A stretch of 64,000 bases of DNA from Candidatus Gottesmanbacteria bacterium (lineage in GTDB: Bacteria > Patescibacteriota > Microgenomatia > UBA10105 > UBA927): contig OY969569.1 of assembly GCA_963701185.1 (NCBI GenBank), positions 549,486 to 613,485 on the forward strand, read 5' to 3'. Made by a program: the position numbers and the translations under genes. Below, piece after piece: positions 7,818 through 19,228 of this stretch (position 1 is the first letter of the stretch; each line of letters starts with the position of its first letter). The notes beneath the pieces are model-generated. The model saw only the letters and a program-made list of their open reading frames with translations, was not told the DNA's origin and searched no databases.

Positions 7818-8759
7818 TTACAGAATACCAAATTTACGCTTTAAATTACGAATCATAACAGCTGTCATCTTTGAAAGTGTGTACTCATGTTTCCATCCCC
7901 AGTCGCGGCGGGCGACGGAATCATCAATGGACTGGGGCCAGCTGTCTGCTATGTTTTGACGGTGATCCGGCTTGTATGTAACGTGAACTTTTATATGTTT
8001 ATTTATTTCGCGGGCGAGCTCTTCCGCCGTAAAACTGATTGCTGCAAGATTATAACTATTATGAATCGTTAATTTTTTAGGATCGGCTTCCATAAGTTCA
8101 ATCGTTGCGCGGATGCCGTCATCCATGTACATCATGGGCAGTTTTGTATCCGGCCGCACGAAACACTCGTACATTCCCTTTTGCAACCCGTCATAAAAAA
8201 TCGCAACGGCAAAATCCGTGGTTCCCCCGCCGGGCGGTGCTTTCCAGCTGATAAGACCCGGATACCGGACGCTCCGCACATCAACACCATATTTGAAATG
8301 ATAATAATTAACTAAATTTTCCCCTGCTAATTTCGTTACGCCATACATCGTCGTCGGTTCCAACACTGTCCGCTGCGGCGTCCGGACTCGCGGAGTTGTC
8401 GGACCGAATGCGGCAATAGAGCTTGGCCAAAAAACTTTCAGTTTATTTTCCACCGCATAATCCAAAACGGTTTTGAGTCCGTTCATATTAATATTCCAGG
8501 TAAGCGACGGATCAATTTCTCCTTTGGCCGAAAGAAGCGATACGAGATGATAGATCGTGCCGACGTTATGTTCTTTAAGAATTGCGGTAACTGCTTTACC
8601 ATCCGTAATTTCAACTGATTCGACGATGCCGTCAAAATTTTCCGGAATATGATGATGTCCTACGGCAACCACATTATTCTTGCCGTATGATTTCTGAAGC
8701 ATCGGAATGAGTTCCGATCCGATTTGCCCGAACGCGCCGGTCACAAGAATCTTCTTCAT
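7818..8759 (-). CDS. tdh: L-threonine 3-dehydrogenase of the UDP-glucose-4-epimerase-like (extended SDR) type.
   Basis: MKKILVTGAFGQIGSEL Rossmann start and an NAD-dependent epimerase fold. The start is the internal Met of the six-frame ORF (ATG at 8757-8759). The pairing with kbl supports Tdh. Confidence 0.7.
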   Translation of the reverse strand: MKKILVTGAFGQIGSELIPMLQKSYGKNNVVAVGHHHIPENFDGIVESVEITDGKAVTAILKEHNVGTIYHLVSLLSAKGEIDPSLTWNINMNGLKTVLDYAVENKLKVFWPSSIAAFGPTTPRVRTPQRTVLEPTTMYGVTKLAGENLVNYYHFKYGVDVRSVRYPGLISWKAPPGGGTTDFAVAIFYDGLQKGMYECFVRPDTKLPMMYMDDGIRATIELMEADPKKLTIHNSYNLAAISFTAEELAREINKHIKVHVTYKPDHRQNIADSWPQSIDDSVARRDWGWKHEYTLSKMTAVMIRNLKRKFGIL

Positions 8760-8970
8760 ATAACAATAGTCGCTATCATAGCACAAATCATTCAATTTCT
8801 GATAAAATACACTGGAAGCCCGGGTAGTTCATCGGTGGAACGCTTTCTTGGTAAGAAAGAGGCAATGGGTCCAATTCCCATCCCGGGCTCCAAATGTACA
8901 GAAGTAACTATAAACTGATATAAAGTTACTAGAAACTTACATAAACTAACAATAAGTATAGAATAAAAGT

Positions 8971-9816
8971 ATGAGCAAAGCTAAAAAAATATTGGGTGTG
9001 ATCATCAGATTTTTTGCGGTTGCCATCCTTTCAATACTGTCACTTCTGAATCTGTTTGCAGTACTACTTGCACCATTATCTCGAGATATTTCTCAAATGC
9101 CTCAGATTGTATCCATACTTTATAAGATTTTTAATATTTTCTTCTTGGTTGTTTTTGTTTACTGCACTTATTTGCTCATTAGGAATAATCGAAAGTACTT
9201 GAAACTATCAGCATATTTTCTTCCGGCGTATTTTTTATTCATGACTATATATCGCTTTTTCTTTGTAACGCATGGTCAGTTTGAGGGCGCAGATTTTAGT
9301 AATTTTTTGTTTTTTTTGGCTCCGCTTGGTTTAATGTTCATTAGTTATAAATTGGAACCTGTTGGAATCAGTCAAGAAAACTTGCTGATGACAGACCATT
9401 CTGCAAACGAGCCTTTCTCTCCACTCCGGTATCAAGGATTTATAGTGCGAGGCTTGGCCAACATCATTGATCAGGTATTAGTTATTGTTCCATTTGTTGC
9501 AATAGCATCATTAACGAAAACAGGACCTGCCTATTCGGAGACATATATGACAGTTGGTGGATTGCTATTTTTCGCTTATTTGATAATAGCCGAGGCTGTT
9601 TGGGGACAAACTCTGGGTAAAAAGCTTTTTGGTATAAAAGTAATGATGCAAGATGGCAGAAAATGTACTGTGTTGGGTGCGATTCTTAGAAACGTTTTCA
9701 GGTTGATAGACGTGATATTTGGTGGATATTTGCTTGCAATAATTGTTATGACGCTTACACCCAGAAGGCAGCGGGTTGGCGATTTGATAGCTAGAACAGT
9801 AGTTATTAAACCTTAA
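8971..9816 (+). CDS. RDD-family membrane protein.
   Basis: Multi-TM N-terminal half and a C-terminal RDD-like region (RGLANIIDQVLVIVPF...RRQRVGDLIARTVV). Confidence 0.65.
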   Translation: MSKAKKILGVIIRFFAVAILSILSLLNLFAVLLAPLSRDISQMPQIVSILYKIFNIFFLVVFVYCTYLLIRNNRKYLKLSAYFLPAYFLFMTIYRFFFVTHGQFEGADFSNFLFFLAPLGLMFISYKLEPVGISQENLLMTDHSANEPFSPLRYQGFIVRGLANIIDQVLVIVPFVAIASLTKTGPAYSETYMTVGGLLFFAYLIIAEAVWGQTLGKKLFGIKVMMQDGRKCTVLGAILRNVFRLIDVIFGGYLLAIIVMTLTPRRQRVGDLIARTVVIKP

Positions 9817-10149
9817 AGTTTTAAGATTCGGTCTCTGCGGCTAAGGTGGATCACATTTTGTGCCATCAGCTCCCTAAAAAGGTACGTTCACCGCAGAGAT
9901 CATTCGGTACCCAAATATTACCATATTTTTCTATCTTTGCGCCGTTTGCCAAATACTTCTAGAAATAAAAATGGATTTATTTTCTCAAGATAGTCTTTAA
10001 AGACATTAAGTTGTAAAATCAGATCAGCTGTAACGTAATAGCGAAGACCAATTTTAACAGCAGTAATAAGTGGAATATGAGGGTCGAGTAGATATTGTTT
10101 GATATACTCGTCCTGGCTAAATAGGTCCGAGCCAATTACGGTATCCAGC

Positions 10150-12761
<2,612 letters not shown>

Positions 12762-12909
12762 GCGACACTCGGTATATATATTTTTTTTGTGTTTGTCAAA
12801 TCCAAAAATGCTTGACTCCTGTAAAAAAGCATTCATAATAAAAATAGTCATTGACATTCAATGAAAAATGTCATTATCTACATATAGAAAGAATTTATTT
12901 TTTACTACT

Positions 12910-13296
12910 ATGTTGAACGCACCGGATAAAAAACACGACCAATATTTCGGACAGGAACTCATATTAAATTTATATGAGTGCAATCCTGAAAAAATTTCGT
13001 CCGGAGAAGAAATTAAAAAATTTGTCATTGAACTCTGCGACAACGTCATAAAAATGAAACGATATGGGGAAGCATTCATTCCCCATTTCGGTCATGAAAA
13101 TCCCATGACGAGCGGCTACTCACTGGTACAACTTATCGAAACCAGTTCCGTGACTGCACATTTTTCCGAGTACAAAAAAAGCGTGTATCTGAATATTTTT
13201 TCCTGCGCGTGGTATGATCCGGTGAAAACCCGCGACTTCTGTGCAAAATTTTTCGAAGCAAAACGATTCGAAGAACATCTCATCATGCGCGAATAA
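12910..13296 (+). CDS. S-adenosylmethionine decarboxylase proenzyme-like (small SpeH type, pyruvoyl-dependent).
   Basis: LILNLYEC...GYSLVQLIETSSVTAHFSEY...NIFSCAWYDP follows the SpeH pattern (LYEC, ESH..HTWPE, D.F.CG). The processing site reads ETSS. Confidence 0.55.
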   Translation: MLNAPDKKHDQYFGQELILNLYECNPEKISSGEEIKKFVIELCDNVIKMKRYGEAFIPHFGHENPMTSGYSLVQLIETSSVTAHFSEYKKSVYLNIFSCAWYDPVKTRDFCAKFFEAKRFEEHLIMRE

Positions 13297-13313
13297 TCTG
13301 CTATGATAGATGT

Positions 13314-14174
13314 ATGAATCCGCTTTCCCTCTTCGCGTTCGTCATCTTTGCCGCAGAGACAGTGATATCACCGATTCCGGACGATATGATAACCGCAACA
13401 CCCCTCCCGCCGAAACCCGACGTTTCTTTTGGTCAAATTGTTGACGTGCCCACACCAACCCCTGAGATTCTTGGAGTAACAACAATCGCTCCTACTCCTT
13501 CGCCAACGCCAAACGTCACTCAAAAGAAATCCTACACCATCGCATTTTTAGGCGACTCGATGATCGATACCATGGGACCGGGACTTCCTGCGGTTACTAA
13601 TCAACTGTCCCAAACATATCCGGCAACGCATTTTACCCTGTTGAATTACGGTGCCGGCGGCACGAATATTGATTACGGCATTGAACGTATAACGAATGGC
13701 TATACGTATTTAGGGAAGCAAATACCGTCACTCGTATCCATGAATCCCGATATCGTCGTCTTGGAATCGTTTGCGTATAATCCGTTTCCCAATGAAAGCG
13801 GCGTCGACCGTCATTGGATGGCACTGGCCAAAGCTGTTGATACGGTACGCAAAAATGTACCCGGGGCAAAAATCATTATCGCGGCAACTATTGCTCCCAA
13901 CAGTACGGCGTTCGGCGACGGGGCACCCGGCATTGCATTTAGCCCGCAGGAAAAAATCCAACGGACAACCGTCATCAAACAATATCTGGACAGTACGGTC
14001 AAGTTTGCCGCCAGCCAGCATCTGCCGTTGGCCGATGCCTATCATGCAAGTATCGGCGGTAACGGGGACGGAATACTCACATATATAAATAGCGGCGACC
14101 ACATCCATTATTCCGACGCCGGACGCGCACTGTTTGCAAAAAAAGTAGTCGCCGCCATCCAGGCTGTGCTATAA
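13314..14174 (+). CDS. Secreted SGNH/GDSL-family hydrolase.
   Basis: Signal peptide, an IAFLGDSMID (GDS) block, the YGAGGTN motif, and a C-terminal DHIHYS (DxxH) block. Confidence 0.7.
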   Translation: MNPLSLFAFVIFAAETVISPIPDDMITATPLPPKPDVSFGQIVDVPTPTPEILGVTTIAPTPSPTPNVTQKKSYTIAFLGDSMIDTMGPGLPAVTNQLSQTYPATHFTLLNYGAGGTNIDYGIERITNGYTYLGKQIPSLVSMNPDIVVLESFAYNPFPNESGVDRHWMALAKAVDTVRKNVPGAKIIIAATIAPNSTAFGDGAPGIAFSPQEKIQRTTVIKQYLDSTVKFAASQHLPLADAYHASIGGNGDGILTYINSGDHIHYSDAGRALFAKKVVAAIQAVL

Positions 14175-14183
14175 TACGCTCCT

Positions 14184-14357
14184 ATGGCTAAAAAAGACCA
14201 ACGAGCACTCTTGGCCCTCGTCTGTTCTGTATGCAAACACCAGAACTACATTTCCGTGCGCAATAAGGTGAATACACCGGAAAAAATAACCCTGAATAAA
14301 TATTGCCGGTATTGTAAAAAGCACACACTGCACAAAGAGACGAGCAAACTTGATTAA
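14184..14357 (+). CDS. rpmG: 50S ribosomal protein L33 (57 aa, below the ORF-track cutoff).
   Basis: The translation MAKKDQRALLALVCSVCKHQNYISVRNKVNTPEKITLNKYCRYCKKHTLHKETSKLD has L33 Cys-x2-Cys pairs and NTP..L.L.KYC..C.KHT.H.E. Confidence 0.85.
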   Translation: MAKKDQRALLALVCSVCKHQNYISVRNKVNTPEKITLNKYCRYCKKHTLHKETSKLD

Positions 14358-14363
14358 CGCTGT

Positions 14364-14876
14364 ATGCATCGAAATACCCTGCTTCTGGTAAGTATCCTTG
14401 CGATATGCGCGGCGCTACTTATCGGCGTCAATATCGGGAAACGGCTGCAAAAACAAACACCCTCTCCTGCAGTACTCCAAGACCCTACTCCAACACCGGG
14501 TATTACCACACAAACGTATATGAACACGTACTGCGGATTTTCACTCTCGTATCCCACAACCTACACTATGTTGGAAAATGCATCCGGCAGCGCCATTTTA
14601 AATAGTCCGACGGATAAAACGCAGTCCATAACGCTCACGTGCCAAAAGGGAATCCCCAGACCGGCACTTCCCGCGGATAAAATTGAAACCCTGACTATTT
14701 CTACAACTACCGGATCTAGTATATCCGCGAAGTTGTATCACAACAGTTCCGCAAGTACAGGGACGCCGATTGACGCCGTTATTTTCCGTCACCCGACCCG
14801 CGGCATGGACGGCTTCATCGCCGGCTATGGAGATGCATTCAATGCCGCCATCCAAACCCTCCAGATACTCCCTTAA
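14364..14876 (+). CDS. Membrane-anchored hypothetical protein.
   Basis: N-terminal TM helix and a TPTPG linker. It sits directly downstream of rpmG. Confidence 0.5.
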   Translation: MHRNTLLLVSILAICAALLIGVNIGKRLQKQTPSPAVLQDPTPTPGITTQTYMNTYCGFSLSYPTTYTMLENASGSAILNSPTDKTQSITLTCQKGIPRPALPADKIETLTISTTTGSSISAKLYHNSSASTGTPIDAVIFRHPTRGMDGFIAGYGDAFNAAIQTLQILP

Positions 14877-14926
14877 CATACCTCTTGTTTCCATAAAACG
14901 GACCTCCTATAATGGTTATATAACCT

Positions 14927-15622
14927 ATGTCGTACTCTCAAAAATATAGAAACAGAGCAATCATATTGCGCAAAAAAGGATATTCAGTCAAAGAAATTGC
15001 CAAAATAATGAAAATCTCAGTCAGCTCTTCTTCTACATGGTGTTCCACGGTCAAAATCGGTAAAAAAGCTCAAAGAATATTAGCTACCAAACAGAAATTG
15101 TCTCTTATCCGTGCGAACCAAACACTTAGTGATAGTAGAAAAAAATTCGACACGTTTATGCACCAAAGCGCGAAACATGAACTATCCTCACTGCGTTTTT
15201 CGAAACCACTTTGTAAGCTCTTATGTGCTATTTTTGTCTGGACCGAGGGTGGAAAAGCCGAAAAATATCGAGTAACGTTTACTAATTCGGATCCAATGAT
15301 GATCCAAACATTTCTTACATTACTTCGTACTAGTTTTGATATCGATGAAAGAAAATTTCGAGGTTTAATTCACGTTCATGAATATCATAATGAAAAACAA
15401 ATGAAAATTTTTTGGTCATTAATAACAAAAATTCCTATCAACCAGTTTAATAATAGTTTTCATAAAGCTAATACTAAGAAACGAATACGCCTTGATTATA
15501 AAGGCAGCATGCATGTGACTTACTATGATACGAAAGTTGCCCACGAACTCCGAGCATTATACAATACGTTTGCACAACAATTTGTGCCTAACCTCAAAAC
15601 ATTGGGGAAAAGAGAATTATAG
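14927..15622 (+). CDS. Putative LAGLIDADG-type homing-endonuclease-like protein with an N-terminal HTH.
   Basis: Very AT-rich gene. N-terminal HTH (ILRKKGYSVKEIAKIM). The motif LLCAIFVWTEGGK resembles a degenerate LAGLIDADG dodecapeptide. The stop overlaps the first nucleotides of tRNA-Trp. Confidence 0.4.
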   Translation: MSYSQKYRNRAIILRKKGYSVKEIAKIMKISVSSSSTWCSTVKIGKKAQRILATKQKLSLIRANQTLSDSRKKFDTFMHQSAKHELSSLRFSKPLCKLLCAIFVWTEGGKAEKYRVTFTNSDPMMIQTFLTLLRTSFDIDERKFRGLIHVHEYHNEKQMKIFWSLITKIPINQFNNSFHKANTKKRIRLDYKGSMHVTYYDTKVAHELRALYNTFAQQFVPNLKTLGKREL

Positions 15623-15694
15623 GGGCGTGGTGAAATGGTATCACAGCAGTCTCCAAAACTGCTTTTTCAGGTTCGAATCCTGACGCCCCTGCCA
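15621..15694 (+). tRNA. tRNA-Trp (anticodon CCA), with the 3' CCA encoded.
   Basis: Acceptor AGGGGCG/CGCCCCT, anticodon stem GCAGT/ACTGC with loop CUCCAAA, T-arm TCAGG-TTCGAAT-CCTGA. Confidence 0.85.
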
Positions 15695-16190
15695 GACGTG
15701 CAATGTTCTACCCGTCCACGAGGGTACCCTCGAATAGCTTGCTGTGGCTTGCTAATTCCTTCGCATTTCAACATTTTTCACTTCAACGGCCTGTAAAACA
15801 CGGTTGTGGGACTATGTAATGCGGAGTGCGCGGTTGTGGAGGACAAACTTGGCTTGATAAATGCTCTCCCGCTCATCAGACTCACTGGATTTGCGTGCAT
15901 ACAAACAGTATGCAATTGTTGAGGTTTCGGTCGTTATGATATCCATAGGCGTATATGTTTTTTCAGGCGTTTTGACGTCATAAAGAACCGATCAATATAC
16001 ACCCGGTCATGCGTCAGAAGATACTTATAAAAATACCGTTCACACCTGTTCACCCGCTTTTCAAGGATCGCTTTTTCTCTTTCCTTTTCCATCAGGGTAT
16101 ACAGTACCGCAACGGTGGGTGAAGTCTAGAGGGAAAGAGCTATAAGGATAGAACTACGGTAGGGATTAAAAGCCACAACGTTAATCTGAT

Positions 16191-18065
16191 CTATTTTGAA
16201 GATCCGTTGAGTAACTGTTTTTTCAATTTCAAATACCTCTCTGTAAAATATACTCCATTTTGGGATTCTCTTAAATCAAACCCAAAAGCACGTCTACTAA
16301 CGGCAATAATCGGTGGAGCTTGTATTCGTTTAAAATAATTATTCTTAAAAAGCTTCCATTTGTGCTCTAAATCAGCAATAAATTCATTTGCTGTAGGAAA
16401 ATATTTATTAACCAACCCTTTTTTTATCATTAATGCCTCTTCCAACTTTCCACTTTGGTATAAGTCTAAGATGTATTCAGGATCACGTCTAAATTCTATA
16501 AAAGCTCTCATTAGCTTGTCATGATACGGATAGAGAATCGGATCTCCCATCCCTTTTGTAACATCCTGTTTACTACTGAGTTCCGCGGAGGGCACAACAT
16601 CGATAATCTCTTGAGGGATAATCTTCTTTCCATGAATTTTATTAATGTACTTTGCCAACTGATAGATCTCCCATTTATATAAATCTCCAAGCGGAGCAAT
16701 TGCCCCGTTAACATCCCCATATAGCGTAGAATACCCCAACGCTATTTCGGTTTTATTGCCGTTGTTTACGAATAATGCTCCTAAACTGGCAGCGATACCA
16801 GCCAATACTCTGCCACCTCTGTCTCTGGCCTGAATATTTTCTGAAACAGCCTCCGTTACCGAAAATCCGCCGTTGTTGAGCTCGTGAACCGTTAAATCTA
16901 CAGACTCCTGTATGGGAAATACGTGATAGTTAATACCTAGATTTTCTGCCAGCTTCTTTGCTGCGGTCCTTGTCAGATTGGAATTGAATTTTGACGGCAT
17001 ATTCACGGCATGGACATTTTCCTTACCTAATGCTTCTGTCAGCAAACATGCCGAAACCGCCGAATCAATACCACCGCTTATGCCAATAACGACTTTCTTG
17101 CTTAATCCGTTAAAAAATTTTCTGATTCCGTAAATCAGTCCCCGGTGTAATTCCTCCGTATCGCGTTCGTCGGATGAAGGAAGGGATTTGATTTCGGCTG
17201 TTTTTGTCAAACCCACTACAACGTCAACCGTTTCCTCCTTATATTCATTTGCGGTTATCATGATAGAACCGTCGGGATTATATACCGTTGTTCCACCGTC
17301 AAAAAGGAAAATATTTTTACCATTATTTTGGATACCAACATTATTATCATAGATAAATGGAATAGGGTCTTTTTCGAGAAGCGCCCTGACAATCCTATGT
17401 CTTTTGTCATTTTTTCTCCATGTCCATGGAGATGCTGACACATTGACGATAACTTCCGCACCGTTTCTCACTAAAATATTAGTTGGGTTAACGGCATAAT
17501 CATTGCACCACATATCTTCACACAGAATAGCCCCGACCATAATAGAATTTTTATCGATTTTGATAGGAAACGGCTTCAGAAGATTATTTAAACTTACCCC
17601 TCGTTCTGCCGCCAATTTCGACATTGAATAAAAATGCCGTTCTTCATCGAATTCCCGATATTTGGGCATGAGTGTTTTATATGTATGTCCATCGAACACA
17701 CCATTAGGTACCCATTCACCTTCCTGAGCAATATGGACTGCATTATATTTTCTCGTTCTCCCATCCTCACCAATTTTGCTAAAATCGGCTTGAACATTTC
17801 CCCACATAATCGCAATTCCTGAGCTTGCAGCAAGAATCCGCTCGTTAAACCCCATCAAATCAGCGATAAAACTATCATTTTCCCATTCATCACCCAACAA
17901 ATATCCCGGAACTGCCATTTCGGGGAAAATAATAATATCAATTTTTCTCTTTTTCGCTAACTCTGTTTCCTTAAGAATTTTTGCAACGTTCACATCAGGA
18001 TGACCGGGAGATACATCCATTTGTGTTAAGGCAAAATTAATTTCTCGATTCATGGCAAAAAGCAT
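16191..18065 (-). CDS. nadE: Glutamine-dependent NAD+ synthetase (N-terminal nitrilase/CN-hydrolase domain plus NAD synthetase domain).
   Basis: CN-hydrolase motifs (FPEMAVPGY, active-site Cys region) and the PP-loop GISGGIDSAV. Confidence 0.9.
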   Translation of the reverse strand: MLFAMNREINFALTQMDVSPGHPDVNVAKILKETELAKKRKIDIIIFPEMAVPGYLLGDEWENDSFIADLMGFNERILAASSGIAIMWGNVQADFSKIGEDGRTRKYNAVHIAQEGEWVPNGVFDGHTYKTLMPKYREFDEERHFYSMSKLAAERGVSLNNLLKPFPIKIDKNSIMVGAILCEDMWCNDYAVNPTNILVRNGAEVIVNVSASPWTWRKNDKRHRIVRALLEKDPIPFIYDNNVGIQNNGKNIFLFDGGTTVYNPDGSIMITANEYKEETVDVVVGLTKTAEIKSLPSSDERDTEELHRGLIYGIRKFFNGLSKKVVIGISGGIDSAVSACLLTEALGKENVHAVNMPSKFNSNLTRTAAKKLAENLGINYHVFPIQESVDLTVHELNNGGFSVTEAVSENIQARDRGGRVLAGIAASLGALFVNNGNKTEIALGYSTLYGDVNGAIAPLGDLYKWEIYQLAKYINKIHGKKIIPQEIIDVVPSAELSSKQDVTKGMGDPILYPYHDKLMRAFIEFRRDPEYILDLYQSGKLEEALMIKKGLVNKYFPTANEFIADLEHKWKLFKNNYFKRIQAPPIIAVSRRAFGFDLRESQNGVYFTERYLKLKKQLLNGSSK

Positions 18066-18181
18066 TATATATCACTAGTCTATAAAATATCTAACTTTAT
18101 CGCCTAATAGAGCCTTCCGTGTATTAGGGTTTGAGTAAAAATGGAGAAATGTATGGCTTTAATAAATGGCGATTTTTACTT

Positions 18182-19228
18182 TTATCTATATAGCGATAAA
18201 TAATCTACCATCTTCTGCCAATACCGTTGCGGATCTTTTACATCCATAGCAACTTGGATTGTGTGTAGTCCAAAATCTTTATTTGCCATATACTCACGAG
18301 CTGTTCCGATTGCTCCCGTCTGATCTACCATGACTTGCATGGGATAAATTTCAAAATTCCCTGGATCAAGTTGAACAAGTTGTGCAGTTAAATCATGTAT
18401 GGCAGCACCATCAAAATTGATTCTATTATATGGAGGTCTTCTATTCCCTCTTGTATTTTCAGGAAAAGTGAAGAAATTATAATATGTAGAATCCGAACCA
18501 ATGAATGTTTTCATTATACCTGCCATTGATTGGGAACCTCTTAATTGCAATTCTTTATAGAGCCATTCAAATCTATCTCGTGTAAGCCCAAGTTTCGGTT
18601 TTTGTGTAAGATCAATGGGAACAAGAGTGAAGGGAATTCCTCCTAAATTACAGCTTCGTAAAACCATTTCTAATGCTTGTGGATCATTAGACAAATTCCA
18701 TTCTACATTCATGCTAAAATTACCTTCTTCAAACAAAGTTCCCCCCATTACGGTAACGCTTTTTACTTTCCCTTCCATATCTGGACGGGTAATCATTCTT
18801 GCTAATTCTGTTACCGCTCCTAATGAAATTACGTGAGCTGTTGCCTCTGGATTTGCTGCCAAATGATCATAAATTACTCCAGATGGTTCTAATGTCCGAT
18901 TTGAAGATCTTTGTATTCCTTCCATTCCATTCGCACCCATAATAAAATCAGCATTTCCTGAATACGCTAGTTTTCCATGTAAAGCTTGCTCAGCTCCAGA
19001 ATAATAGAATCGTTCTGGAAAAGACGCATCAGATTGACGAAGTTCATCAATAAGTGTTCCTAATGTAAGAAGATTTTTCCCAGTCTGTTTGGTTGAATCA
19101 TTACCATAAATAGCAATTGAATCAATTTCAGTAAATTGTTCGGAAGCAGCAGCGGTAGCCGCTAAGACAGCGACTGCGTCATCAATACCAGGATCAGTAT
19201 TTATAACAATCTGTTTGTCAATTTTTAT
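18182..19228 (-). CDS. Inosine-uridine-preferring nucleoside hydrolase family protein. The N-terminus is recovered upstream of the listed ORF, and the start codon is unclear.
   Basis: In-frame extension upstream of MGANG gives IKIDKQIVINTDPGIDDAVAVLAA (the DxDxxxDD Ca-binding motif). There is no ATG/GTG/TTG in frame after the upstream stop; candidate starts are ATA/ATT at about 19228/19222. Confidence 0.65.
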   Translation of the reverse strand: MKIDKQIVINTDPGIDDAVAVLAATAAASEQFTEIDSIAIYGNDSTKQTGKNLLTLGTLIDELRQSDASFPERFYYSGAEQALHGKLAYSGNADFIMGANGMEGIQRSSNRTLEPSGVIYDHLAANPEATAHVISLGAVTELARMITRPDMEGKVKSVTVMGGTLFEEGNFSMNVEWNLSNDPQALEMVLRSCNLGGIPFTLVPIDLTQKPKLGLTRDRFEWLYKELQLRGSQSMAGIMKTFIGSDSTYYNFFTFPENTRGNRRPPYNRINFDGAAIHDLTAQLVQLDPGNFEIYPMQVMVDQTGAIGTAREYMANKDFGLHTIQVAMDVKDPQRYWQKMVDYLSLYR

